Shown one piece after another: positions 1-9,414 of a stretch of DNA of 32,000 nt (position 1 is its first letter; each line of letters starts with the position of its first letter). This stretch comes from Desulfotalea psychrophila LSv54 (lineage in GTDB: Bacteria; Desulfobacterota; Desulfobulbia; Desulfobulbales; Desulfocapsaceae): the NCBI RefSeq assembly GCF_000025945.1, contig NC_006139.1, positions 89,588-121,587 of the forward strand, in the 5' to 3' direction. The position numbers were made by a program, and so were the translations under genes. The notes below the pieces were generated by a model. It saw only the letters and a list, made by a program, of their open reading frames with translations. It made no database searches and was not told the origin of the DNA.

Positions 1-887
1 TCATATTTTTTCGGTGTAAAATAAGCCCTTCCACCAGAAGGAGTAAATGTTAATTCTCCAAAATATATTTGTTCACCTGTTGTGTATAAGTCAACGCGTA
101 CAAAAGGAAAACCTTTACTCAATAATTCAGCACATTTTATCATCTCTTTCAAGTTGTCAGGCTTTTCTGCTTTTCCATGATATATAGGTTTTTTTTCGTA
201 TGTAAATGGTAATAAGTTAAAGTTAGTATCATAAAAATTTTTATGATGGTTTGAAAATCTTCCTATATCAACTTGGATATATTTTACCTTAGCGTCAAAA
301 CAAAAGAATTTATAATCTTTTAGTTCATTTCCATTAAAAGGTTTTATGTATTTTTCCGCAATTATACGTGGTTTTATATCTTTATATATGTATTCTCTAC
401 TGTATTTGTAAAAATTCCTATTTAAATATTTTTTAAGCTTTTTTTTCATAGAAAAAATATCAAGAGATGATTTATCCTCACAAATGATAACGCTACCACT
501 ATCATGTGTACACTTTATCACAAATTGTTTTGGTAGCATATCAAAATCTATATCTTCAACATCATCCCAAACACCTATTGTAGGTATAATTTTATCCTTT
601 CCTGTTTTTTCTGATATTATTTTTTTTACATCATATTTATCTACATATTTTGATAGATCCTGATTTCTAATGTTTAATTTTAACCATTGAATTTTTTCAT
701 TAAAAGTTTTAGGCGCTTTTAAATTTATAACTCGGTTCATAGAACAAAAATAGTCTATAATAATAAAAGATTTGTCACTAATCCACGATACTGGAAGTTT
801 TCTCATAATTGTTGGAATAACAACTAATGGCCTAAACCATAATCGTTTTAAAATAGATTTGAACTTTGAAATTAACATTGTTTTCAT
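1..887 (-). CDS. ATP-grasp fold amidoligase (TupA-like); C-terminus runs off the left window edge
   Basis: Absent from the ORF track because no stop lies inside the window. Own translation from ATG (885-887, minus strand): MKTMLISKFKSILKRLWFRPLVVIPTIMRKLPVSWISDKSF...NLKAPKTFNEKIQWLKLN...AEKYIKPFNGNELKDYKFF...SKGFPFVRVDLYTTGEQIYFGELTFTPSGGRAYFTPKKY-. The KTFNEKIQWLKL motif and the FGELTFTP tail are what I associate with TupA-like ATP-grasp enzymes of capsule/teichuronopeptide loci. Frame verified codon by codon at three separated points. Confidence 0.75.
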   Translation of the reverse strand, partial: MKTMLISKFKSILKRLWFRPLVVIPTIMRKLPVSWISDKSFIIIDYFCSMNRVINLKAPKTFNEKIQWLKLNIRNQDLSKYVDKYDVKKIISEKTGKDKIIPTIGVWDDVEDIDFDMLPKQFVIKCTHDSGSVIICEDKSSLDIFSMKKKLKKYLNRNFYKYSREYIYKDIKPRIIAEKYIKPFNGNELKDYKFFCFDAKVKYIQVDIGRFSNHHKNFYDTNFNLLPFTYEKKPIYHGKAEKPDNLKEMIKCAELLSKGFPFVRVDLYTTGEQIYFGELTFTPSGGRAYFTPKKY

Positions 888-900
888 ATATAATATATTT

Positions 901-1983
901 TTATTTATCTTCTTTAAGTAGATCATAATAAATATTTTTCAATTTATTTATTACAATATCTGGATAATAATTTTTAATTATTTCTTTTGATGTTTGGCCA
1001 TATTTATCTATAAGTTCTGGATTGTTAATGAAAAAATCGATTGCCATTTCTATTTTATTTTTGCTTTGAGGTGCAATTAAGAGGCCATTTTTATGTGGAA
1101 TTACAATATCTGGTATTCCACCTACTTTTGTAGCTATTATACAACAATTATAGCTCATTGCTTCTAATATTGATATAGGCATAGCTTCCATATAAGATGG
1201 TAAAATAAAAATATTACACCAATTTAGTAAATTTATTTTTTTAGTTCCAGTTACCCATCCTTTGTATTGAATAATATTTTGTATGTGGTTATTTTTTATT
1301 ATATTGTTTAATTTGTATATTTCTTTATCACCACCAATTTTTAGTGATACGATATCTTTGTATTTAGATTTGTTTTCTATTATTGTTTGCACTAGATCAA
1401 AAATGCCTTTTTGTTTTATGATATTTCCGAGGAATAATAGTCTTATCTTAGGAGCGTATATATGAGTCTTATTGTCTAATACCGGATAGTTTATTATATT
1501 ATTTAATACATATATTTTAGTTTCATCTATACCTAGAGAAACAAACCAGTTTTGCCAATTATTTGATAGTACTATAAGTCTATGGCAAGAATTTAAAGCT
1601 CTAAGAATATTGCATTTATTTCTTGATGAATTGTAAAATTCTATAAATCCTCCTCCGTGAATGTGGATAATTATCTTTTTATTAAATAAATTCCCTAATT
1701 TTATTAATAAAGAAATTCTTTTGAAAGACGAATTAGACGCACTATGAAAATGTAAAATTTTAATTTTTTTTCTGAATACTAAAATGAAAAATAAACAAAC
1801 ATAAGCCTTGATAAAGATCAAAATTTTATATAGTAAGTTACTGTCTGCCCAAGTAGTAATATATTGCAAATGCTCAAAGATTTTATCATAATTTTGAATT
1901 ACTGATGCCATACCGCCTTTAGCATTTTTTTTATAATTTACGCCAATCATTAATACTTTATTTGATAATTTTTTATTAATCAT
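901..1983 (-). CDS. glycosyltransferase family 4 (GT-B fold)
   Basis: 360 aa ORF with ATG at 1981-1983. C-terminal EAMPISILEAMSYNCCIIATKVGGIPDIV matches the E-x7-E / GGxxE region of GT4 (Glycos_transf_1) enzymes. Very AT-rich. Lies in a polysaccharide locus. Confidence 0.85.
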   Translation of the reverse strand: MINKKLSNKVLMIGVNYKKNAKGGMASVIQNYDKIFEHLQYITTWADSNLLYKILIFIKAYVCLFFILVFRKKIKILHFHSASNSSFKRISLLIKLGNLFNKKIIIHIHGGGFIEFYNSSRNKCNILRALNSCHRLIVLSNNWQNWFVSLGIDETKIYVLNNIINYPVLDNKTHIYAPKIRLLFLGNIIKQKGIFDLVQTIIENKSKYKDIVSLKIGGDKEIYKLNNIIKNNHIQNIIQYKGWVTGTKKINLLNWCNIFILPSYMEAMPISILEAMSYNCCIIATKVGGIPDIVIPHKNGLLIAPQSKNKIEMAIDFFINNPELIDKYGQTSKEIIKNYYPDIVINKLKNIYYDLLKEDK

Positions 1984-2205
1984 ATTTTTTTTATAAATTT
2001 CTTATCTCCTTAATTTCTTGTACTGAAAAGTAAAGCACAAGAAACCTGTCCCTTACGTTGAAGGGAGCATCTGATCGTGCTGGGACGCCTCTTGACAGGC
2101 AACGATTTTGCGATTTTTTGCTCCAGATCTGCCATCAAGGGCTTATCCACTCAAGATAGCGAAGAACCACATCATTTATGCCAAATACAAAACTCCCATA
2201 ATATG

Positions 2206-2641
2206 GGTCGTGATGTCAAAACGTTGAAGGTGTGGTAGATTGTGATTTTTTTTAAGGTTCTGATATGGCTACATGTCTTGCCGTTTTTGCAGTGGTACTG
2301 ATGAGGTAGGTCGCCATGGGTAGTAATGGAAATCGAAGGTGACTCTGGTACGCATGGAACCACGCTGAGGATTATCAAACCTGCTTTTAGGATTGTTGAC
2401 ACCTTTCGGTATAAGGCTTTTCGGCACCGATGACTTTAACCTGTATCGTGCTGAATCACCTGTTGAAAAGCTGTGGAAAAGTTATGGCCATGAATTGAAC
2501 GACAGAATCTAAATTTGTGAACGAGACTGAAGCGACTCAATCGTAAAACAATCGAATTTTCAAAAAGCACCGAGCTGCATGATAAGGTAATTGCACATAT
2601 CCAACGAAAATTTTACCAAACAACAATTTGGCATCACGACC
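2206..2641 (+). mobile_element. IS1-family element, internally deleted and decayed (mini-IS, ~436 bp)
   Basis: Plus-strand frames give MSCRFCSGTDEVGRHG (InsA-type zinc-finger N-terminus, ATG 2273), then ..GTDDFNLY.., then [41 protein letters not shown]. Compare the E. coli IS1 InsB C-terminus [43 protein letters not shown]. There are several frameshifts and an in-frame TGA. Terminal repeats are GGTCGTGATGTCAAAACGTTG (2206-2226) and the reverse complement of 2621-2641, GGTCGTGATGCCAAATTGTTG (18/21). They resemble the IS1 end GGTGATGCTGCCAAC. Confidence 0.8.
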
Positions 2642-2659
2642 AGGGGGAAGTTTTCTCAA

Positions 2660-2680
2660 CAACAGATTGGCATCACTACC
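2660..2680 (+). repeat. second, solo IS1-type right terminal repeat 18 bp beyond the first
   Basis: The reverse complement of 2660-2680 is GGTAGTGATGCCAATCTGTTG, a third copy of the same IS1-type end in the same orientation as 2621-2641. It ends 7 bp from the stop codon of the polymerase gene. Confidence 0.6.
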
Positions 2681-2686
2681 CTATTT

Positions 2687-3829
2687 CTAAAAAAAATTGA
2701 AAATAAATTGGTAGGGCGCTATTTCCATACGACATCTATAGATTGTGACATAATAGTATGCTATACAAGAGATTAAGACGTAAATACAAAACACCCTAAG
2801 TAAAATATTATTCCTACTTTTAAAAATGAAATGGAAAAGCGTCGCATATATATAAAACCTATAAAACACAAAATAGCTGGCCAGCCTAACTCCCGTTTCG
2901 TGGCTTAACAAAATGGGATGCAAGATAATTCCTATATAGTATAAATTGTAAAATAAAATAAATCCATTTTTATTATAATTAGATTTAAGTAAGGGGCTAA
3001 AATAAATTGCTACCGTATCAACTACAATTAACAATAACACAAATAAACCAGTTGAATTTGCTTCAGAATAGTTCCGAGCAGTCTTTGCAAGAACATAGTC
3101 TATATTTCTAATATAATAGTTATACTGTCCTAAGTTTAAAAACGAAAGTCTATCGGTCAAAAGGCTTAGAATATTATTAAAGAAAAAATTTCCACATGTT
3201 AAGCAAATGAAAAAAAGAACAAGTTGCAATTTTACTGATTTTAAAATATCTCGTTGAACAATAAAGAGTAAAGGCAGGACAATTATGCCAGCTTTGTGAA
3301 TAACTAGTGCAAATATAAAATGAAACGAAAATGATATATAGTCCTTCTTTAAGAACTTTGTGATGGAATAAAAAATTATGAAGCTGGCAGCTGTTTGTCG
3401 CATAATATTCAACGACAAGAAAAAAATTCCTAATCCAAAAAAGAAGAAAAAGCACCAAACTACGATATGGATATTTTCTTTCATGATTTGAAGGAAATAC
3501 CAAATAGTTATAAATGCCAAAAATAGAATAAACCAATTATATCCATAATTATTAACAATTGGGAGAAAAAGGTAGTAGATCAGGTCTTTTGTTAAAAAAT
3601 TGTTACTACTCTCTACAAGCAAAAAATGATATTTGTACGAAAGGTAATCAATGCCGACATTTTCTCTTGTTCCAATTGTTAAAGTATAAAATAAAGTGAT
3701 CATATACCAAATAGGCCAAATCTCATTATTTTCTATAACATTGGAGTTGCGATTGATTTTGACTGATAAGCGCATCAAGCTCATCGTAAATACAAAAACT
3801 AAAGTATATATTGTGTATGCAAGTAACAT
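2687..3829 (-). CDS. EpsG-family / Wzy-type polysaccharide repeat-unit polymerase (polytopic membrane protein)
   Basis: 380 aa and extremely hydrophobic, with about 10 or more predicted TM stretches. The N-terminal region ..TIGTRENVGIDYLSYKYHF.. resembles the EpsG-family signature. AT-rich gene flanked by glycosyltransferases, as is typical for wzy. Confidence 0.7.
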   Translation of the reverse strand: MLLAYTIYTLVFVFTMSLMRLSVKINRNSNVIENNEIWPIWYMITLFYTLTIGTRENVGIDYLSYKYHFLLVESSNNFLTKDLIYYLFLPIVNNYGYNWFILFLAFITIWYFLQIMKENIHIVVWCFFFFFGLGIFFLSLNIMRQTAASFIIFYSITKFLKKDYISFSFHFIFALVIHKAGIIVLPLLFIVQRDILKSVKLQLVLFFICLTCGNFFFNNILSLLTDRLSFLNLGQYNYYIRNIDYVLAKTARNYSEANSTGLFVLLLIVVDTVAIYFSPLLKSNYNKNGFILFYNLYYIGIILHPILLSHETGVRLASYFVFYRFYIYATLFHFIFKSRNNILLRVFCIYVLISCIAYYYVTIYRCRMEIAPYQFIFNFF

Positions 3830-3840
3830 TGATAGAAAGT

Positions 3841-4935
3841 TTATAACTTTATATTGTTAATAAGTGATTGATAAACATCGACTGTTAAATCTCCAATTAT
3901 ATTCCAATTTAGTTCAGAATATAACTTTTTATGTCCTGCCTCACCAAAACGCTCTCTTTTTTCTTTACATATTAAAAGATCACATAATGCATTGGCAAGT
4001 TCGTTTACATTTTCTTTTTCAACTAATATTCCTGTTTTAAGATGATCTACAACCTCAGAGATAGCCCCCACATTACTAGCCACGACAGCTTTTTTAAAAT
4101 CATATGCTATAGGGATAATACCACTTTGACTTGCCTCTCTATACGGCAGGACAATCACACTTGCTTCTTGAAATAATTGAGAAATTTCTTCATCTGGGAT
4201 GAATTTGTTAATGATCTTATATTTATTATAGTCAGTAATTAATTTTTCATATTCTCCAAATTTTGAACATCTTCCAGCAACTATGATTTTGAGATTTTGT
4301 ATTTTCTTGGAAATTAAAGGCTCCGCTTTTATGAGAATATCTAGACCTTTATAGTGATGTATTCTCCCAAAGAATAGAATTGTATTTTCTTGTTCTTTGT
4401 AAAAATTACTATTCTTTAATCTATAGTAAGTTAGTGGCCCATGCGGGATTACATGAATTTGCTGATTTTCTATCCATGGATGTTTGTCGAGTAACTCATT
4501 TTTTAAAATCTCGCCATGAACTATAAACTTGTGTGACATTTTTCTCAAAATATGTTGAGTAATTTCAATCCACTTTTTTTCTTCTCCTATGTGAGATTTA
4601 ACATCATGTACTGTAATAACTATACCGTACTTTCGAAAAAGTAACCTCAGCGGAATAAACCAAACATGCTCTCCTTGAAAATGGATAATATCAGGTTTAA
4701 ATGATTTTACTTCAAAAAATATTTTAATAATTAAAATAATGTTTTTTAGCATATTTCGGATACGTGGCTTATGGAATTTAATAAAATCACCATGGAATCC
4801 GGCCTTATGCGATGAATCCATTAAATTACTATTATTAGAAACAAAAATGAACTTTTTTGATACTTTATCGCTAAGTCCTTCAGCCAATCCTAAAACATAT
4901 TCATCAAAATGGTACGATATATGTACAATCCGCAT
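3841..4935 (-). CDS. glycosyltransferase family 4
   Basis: The ORF track gives 3841-4989, but MRIVHISYHF (ATG 4933-4935) is the typical GT4 N-terminus. The C-terminal region YREASQSGIIPIAYDFKKAVVASNVGAISEVV..GILVE matches the GT4 nucleotide-sugar binding region. Confidence 0.85.
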   Translation of the reverse strand: MRIVHISYHFDEYVLGLAEGLSDKVSKKFIFVSNNSNLMDSSHKAGFHGDFIKFHKPRIRNMLKNIILIIKIFFEVKSFKPDIIHFQGEHVWFIPLRLLFRKYGIVITVHDVKSHIGEEKKWIEITQHILRKMSHKFIVHGEILKNELLDKHPWIENQQIHVIPHGPLTYYRLKNSNFYKEQENTILFFGRIHHYKGLDILIKAEPLISKKIQNLKIIVAGRCSKFGEYEKLITDYNKYKIINKFIPDEEISQLFQEASVIVLPYREASQSGIIPIAYDFKKAVVASNVGAISEVVDHLKTGILVEKENVNELANALCDLLICKEKRERFGEAGHKKLYSELNWNIIGDLTVDVYQSLINNIKL

Positions 4936-5090
4936 AATCCTTTTTCCATTATATTGCCAATAAATTAGTTTGTAGTTTGCACAAGACATTCATACCGTTT
5001 TCACAGTGACAAAAAAACCAATGAACTCTCATGTAAATTCAACCGAAAATACAAAATTAATAAAAAATTTATTATATGAGATATAAACCT

Positions 5091-6173
5091 TCACTCCAAC
5101 GTCCCCAAACATCTAAGAAATACATCAGATTTAATCCTCTCTTGCTGGATTATTTTATTTACTTTATCCCAATCAATTGAGCTTTTTATTATATCACTTG
5201 AGAAATCAGTAAGGTCAAAAACCAACCTATCATTTAAACCAAATATGTTTAGTAATGAATTAAATCTAGTATACCCTCTTTTTTTATTTGCATAAGCGAT
5301 AAATGGCTTATTAAAGATAATAGAAAATACAACTCCATGAAATGAGTCAGTAAATACAAAGTCTGCATCGTTAAAACCATTAATCCAACTATAAACCGAC
5401 CGGTAGTGAAAAAAAGACCAAAACAGTACTCGTTTCTCCAACTTCCTACCTACAGTAAAGGAATCCTTTTGCAAAATTTCACACACTTTTCTCGATAATT
5501 CGCTGTATGCAGGATTATCGTCTAAAAGATAGTGCAATACCTTCCCTTGATTATTTTCCTCCTGCACGTGCAAGCTACGGTACTCATCAGCATGCAGCAA
5601 AAAAGCAGGATCAAGCACCAGTTCCGCTTTAAAATTGAGATGATCTGCGCACAATTGGATCCCAGAATCTTCCCGCACAGAAACAGCAGTGAATCGATTT
5701 AATAATTGTTTTATATTTTCAGTTTCTTGCTCGTCTATCGTCCATTTGTCAATGCCGAAAGAGGCAGCAAAGGATAGTAATGTTTTATTGGAACTCGCTA
5801 CGAAGTCAAAAAAATATTCTTTTTTACTATCCTTAGTATAATCGAAACGCCAGACCTGATCGCTACCAACAATGAATGCATCAAAAGAATAATCAATACA
5901 ATTATAATCTTTTCTGCATGTAATTGGTTTTGTAAGTTTCATATTGCTGTATTCAAACTCTTTCATTGCAGAGTAATCAATAATTATTGGACAAAACCCT
6001 ATCATCTTCTTAACTAAATTTTTAAAATTTTGAAAATTTGATATTTGACTTGAAACCCTTTGAATAACTAAGACATCATGCCCTTGCTTTTTCAAATATG
6101 TCTGCAGTGCGTATGATTGCAATAATCCGCCATAATTGTTATTAAAGGGTAGCGTTAATATTCCTACTTTCAT
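5091..6173 (-). CDS. polysaccharide pyruvyl transferase family protein (WcaK/CsaB-like)
   Basis: 360 aa. The N-terminus MKVGILTLPFNNNYGGLLQSYALQTYLKKQGHDV is the characteristic start of PS_pyruv_trans family proteins. ..VGSDQVWR.. and the C-terminal ..TDSFHGVVFSIIFNKPF.. also fit. Confidence 0.85.
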   Translation of the reverse strand: MKVGILTLPFNNNYGGLLQSYALQTYLKKQGHDVLVIQRVSSQISNFQNFKNLVKKMIGFCPIIIDYSAMKEFEYSNMKLTKPITCRKDYNCIDYSFDAFIVGSDQVWRFDYTKDSKKEYFFDFVASSNKTLLSFAASFGIDKWTIDEQETENIKQLLNRFTAVSVREDSGIQLCADHLNFKAELVLDPAFLLHADEYRSLHVQEENNQGKVLHYLLDDNPAYSELSRKVCEILQKDSFTVGRKLEKRVLFWSFFHYRSVYSWINGFNDADFVFTDSFHGVVFSIIFNKPFIAYANKKRGYTRFNSLLNIFGLNDRLVFDLTDFSSDIIKSSIDWDKVNKIIQQERIKSDVFLRCLGTLE

Positions 6174-6253
6174 TAAATTCCTTACAGTTTTCTGTATAAG
6201 TTCCGAAATTTTACTAAAAAAATTTGATTACCACTAATGTTCAGCTAGTACAG

Positions 6254-7212
6254 GGCCTTGTTGCACAAATAGAAGTTGCTGACGCTGCTCGATGATGTTT
6301 TCTTGCAACATGGAGCATTGGAGGAGTTATGGGAGACAGTAGGAGAAAGATCAAAAACTGGCCGGAGTGGGGCACTAAAGCAATAGCTGTGACGTTTTGG
6401 GTGGACAAGAAAGCGATTGAAAGTTGGTACAGTACGACTGTATCAGAGCAGCGTGGCCGTGTCGCAAGTACGCGGATGATGCACGACCTGTTTGATGTGG
6501 AACCATTTATGGACTGTCTCTCAAGGGTACAGAAGGTTTTCTAAATTCACTTTTTGAACTGATGGATATCGACCTCCAGCCGCCTGATACACCTGTCAGT
6601 AGACGTGCACGAACTGTTGAGATGAATTGCAGGTTGCCAAGTCGTGGGACGATTAAGCATATCGATTCGACTGGGTGTAAACCATGGAGAAGGAGAGTGG
6701 AGCGTCAGAAAACACGGGGCTTCCAAACGTAGAACCTGGCGTAAAAGTCACCTTGCAATCGATACCGAGACTGATCGCCTAAGTGGTGAAATTTCTATGG
6801 AGTGAGTTCATGATTCCAAGGTATTGGGACCTCTTCGTCATCGCATTGAACAGATATCGGATGATGGCGCCGGACACGAAGGATTGCTATGCCGTGGCCA
6901 AGAAAAAAGGATCAGTTGCGACTATACCTCCACGGAAAAATGCTGACATGTGGGAGGATGGGCACCCACAAAATGATGCGGTAAAAGCACAGGGTGTCAT
7001 CAAAGGTCTCTTGCTGAAACGGCGATGTATCGCTACAAACAGTTGATCAGTGGCAAATTAAGCCTCCGCGAGGAGGCAAGCAGGTAGGGCTGCGATCAAG
7101 GCTTTGAACAAAATTAATACGTTAGGGATGCCTGTTCGAGAGGGCGTTTGCTAAGATGAAATGAAGCAGAGAGGGACTGATTTCCTTCTCTCATGATTTA
7201 TGCAACAAGGTC
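6254..7212 (+). mobile_element. IS5-family (IS903 group) element, decayed transposase
   Basis: Inverted ends: GGCCTTGTTGCACAAATAG (from 6254) versus the reverse complement of 7191-7212, GACCTTGTTGCATAAATCATGA. Plus-strand frames give RRKIKNWPEW..VTFWVDKKAIESWY.., ..GEGEWSVRKHGASKRRTWRKSHLAIDTETD.., ..LAETAMYRYKQLISGKLSLR.. and AIKALNKINTLGMPVREGVC*. These track the IS903 transposase (NWPAYN.., GEGEWKVKKHG..WRKLHLAVD, IAETAMYRVKQL, ALNKMTKAGMP). They are spread over all three frames with internal stops. Confidence 0.85.
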
Positions 7213-7617
7213 TCACCGAGACACTTTCTATCATCTTGAGCTCAACCATTTTTCCCGCCAATAGCCGCATAGCCCAGCGCTCTCCACCCTCTGAGATTTC
7301 TGAACACGCAAGCGCTAATAGATGAGCTTCAAACTCTCCGCCAAAGTGAATTTTCCTGGGTGGGGTTAATCGTTTCTTACGCTCAATAGCAGCTGTAACT
7401 CCCTGCTCAACTCATATATTCTAGACTACGAGTTGTGACGTCCCAAGCGCTTCTGCAACTTTGCTACAACCCATTTTGGCCCATATTCATCAGCATCAAG
7501 CACTAGGAGTGCTCTTGCATATAAAACGGTTCGAGCAGCTCTTCTCCCCTTTGTCGAAATAGCTTCCGGATCTTTGCGTTCTTCCTCAGTCAGTGTCACT
7601 CGATAATGTGGTGCCAT
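7213..7617 (-). pseudogene. IS630-family transposase, N-terminal HTH fragment, truncated by the IS903-like insertion
   Basis: Minus strand: MAPHYRVTLTEEERKDPEAISTKGRRAARTVLYARALLVLDADEYGPKWVVAKLQKRLG.. (ATG 7615-7617). After a frameshift near 7430 it continues ..VEQGVTAAIERKKRLTPPRKIHFGGEFEAHLLALACSEISEGGERWAMRLLAGKMVELKMIESVS. This pattern is typical of IS630-family N-terminal domains. The reading frame stops abruptly at the right end of the IS5-family element (7212). Confidence 0.75.
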
Positions 7618-7705
7618 CTCTTCCTCCAATTGATTATAATTATGGAGGATTATACAAGAAAACAAATAAACAGCGAACAGTTAAAGCTTACTGTGTACTA
7701 GGTGG

Positions 7706-9250
7706 CTATGCCTTATTCAAAAGCAAAGATGCTTTACCCACTAGCCGTTTACCTGCCCTGCAAGCAAAGCCCCGCTCCGAGTCATCCAGTGCCCATAACC
7801 AACTGGCCAGCAAAGAAACTACAATACAAACTGCCGTGGTTAAAACCAATCGGCTAAAAGACGGTGACAAAAGACAACGGGACAGCAGGGCGCTGAGGGT
7901 GGCGGCAGTGGCAACCATGCCGCAGGGTATGAGGACTGACGTGAGCCATTTGGTGACCGGCATGCCGAGCAGCCTTTGACCCCATAGAACCCTGCCCAGA
8001 GAACAAACAGTCATGGTGATGATAAATGCCACCCCAACGCTTGTGGGCGGATAGCCGAGTTTAAGAAAGAGCCAGGCCAGGGGCAGGGTTAGAACCAGGC
8101 TTGTGCCAAGGGTTGCCTGGTAGACGGCGATCCTGCCGTGGGCATTTATGGCAAGCATATATCCCGAGGTCAGGCGATCGATCAGAAAAGTGGTCAGGAT
8201 CAAGCGGCAGAACATGGCGGTATATTCCGGGGGCTGACGGAGCCAGAGTTTCAGTACGTATTCCATTTCAGTCATTAGGGGAATGGCGAACAGGAGGATG
8301 AGGATTGTGGCGAATTTGGTGGATCGAAGGGATAACGACAGCATCCGTTCACGATCACCCCGCCCCTCGCAGGAAGTGATCTCCGGGGAAAATGCACCCA
8401 TCATGGCAGCGGAAAGTTGGTTGGTTTGGGCGGAAACCTGATTGGCGATAGCGTAGGCAGCATTAACCTTGGCACCGAAAAATATATTCAGCAAAATAGC
8501 CGAGCCTTGATTACGAAGCAATGCTCCAAGGCAGCCGATTAGATTCCAGATGGCGAATGAAAAAATTTCCTTCAGCCGTTTTTTATCGAACCAATACCGC
8601 CTTTCCACAGCACATTCCCTGAAAAGAAAAAGAGCTCGGAATATCTGGCAGGATTGCACAAAGACAGGAATCATTGCCATCCCGCCAGCATACCATAAGA
8701 GGCGGTCACCCGAAGCCTGGGTCAGAAAAAATGCAAGGATAAAGGTTAAAACGGATTGAACCATTCCCCAACTGGCAATTTCAGGCATATGCTGTTTGGC
8801 GGTGAACATGGCGATAAACGGTACGGAGACCATGCCAAAAAAGGTGGAGACCAGCGAAATGCGAAAAACCCATAGGCAGGCGCTTATGCGGTCTGCCGGA
8901 ATGGTAAGATAGTTTGCAATGACATATTCGCCGAGGGGCCACCCGGTCAGGATCAAACCCGTTGCAAGACAGAGATGAATACTGAATGCAGCGTTGAACC
9001 AGCGCTTCACCTCTTCAGGATTCCCTTGCCCCATGGCATAGGCAAAGTGTCGGGAGGCACTTGCTGCCATGACCGAGTTCAGAAAAGAGATGAAAATAAT
9101 GAGGGAACCGACAACCGTAAAAAGGCCGAAATCAGTTTGCCCCAGAGCATTCAGCACCCAGCGACTGCTAAACAGCGCCAGGCCGATGGCGAAAACAGAA
9201 CGGGTATATGTAGCTGCCGTGTTGATAATAATACGATGCGAGGGATTCAT
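7706..9250 (-). CDS. wzx: Wzx-type oligosaccharide flippase (MOP/polysaccharide biosynthesis protein family)
   Basis: 514 aa with about 12-14 TM segments. The N-terminus MNPSHRIIINTAATYTRSVFAIGLALFSSRWVLNALGQTDFGLFTVVGSLI is typical of polysaccharide-biosynthesis flippases. ATG at 9248-9250. Confidence 0.8.
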   Translation of the reverse strand: MNPSHRIIINTAATYTRSVFAIGLALFSSRWVLNALGQTDFGLFTVVGSLIIFISFLNSVMAASASRHFAYAMGQGNPEEVKRWFNAAFSIHLCLATGLILTGWPLGEYVIANYLTIPADRISACLWVFRISLVSTFFGMVSVPFIAMFTAKQHMPEIASWGMVQSVLTFILAFFLTQASGDRLLWYAGGMAMIPVFVQSCQIFRALFLFRECAVERRYWFDKKRLKEIFSFAIWNLIGCLGALLRNQGSAILLNIFFGAKVNAAYAIANQVSAQTNQLSAAMMGAFSPEITSCEGRGDRERMLSLSLRSTKFATILILLFAIPLMTEMEYVLKLWLRQPPEYTAMFCRLILTTFLIDRLTSGYMLAINAHGRIAVYQATLGTSLVLTLPLAWLFLKLGYPPTSVGVAFIITMTVCSLGRVLWGQRLLGMPVTKWLTSVLIPCGMVATAATLSALLSRCLLSPSFSRLVLTTAVCIVVSLLASWLWALDDSERGFACRAGKRLVGKASLLLNKA

Positions 9251-9414
9251 ACGTGGTATTTTGCCCGTTTATCAAAATAAAATCACGAAGGTGGGAGGTG
9301 CTATTTTCCGCTCAAAGATACAATGGTCCTTTCCGTCGTTGCCATGCGACACCGACTCTTTCCGCATGCCTGAAGAATAGTGCTGCGCATATTCTCAACC
9401 GCAGCCGCCAAAAT

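Noticed and set aside
2040-2200. Possible IS5/IS1182-type transposase N-terminal scrap (minus-strand frames give ..LMADLEQKIAKSLPVKRRPSTIR.. and ..RGVPARSDAPFNVRDRFLVLYF.., reminiscent of the GRPA/GRPS motif region).
   Set aside because: It is too short, mixes frames and is degenerate, so I cannot support a family call. It is only noted as higher-GC debris between AT-rich genes.
1283-4963. Short ORFs nested in the AT-rich genes (1283-1465 +, 3177-3536 -, 4739-4963 +).
   Set aside because: They are overlapping or out-of-frame shadows inside well-supported GT4 and Wzy genes. Their peptides are low-complexity and Phe/Ile/Leu-rich, as expected from the AT-rich composition.
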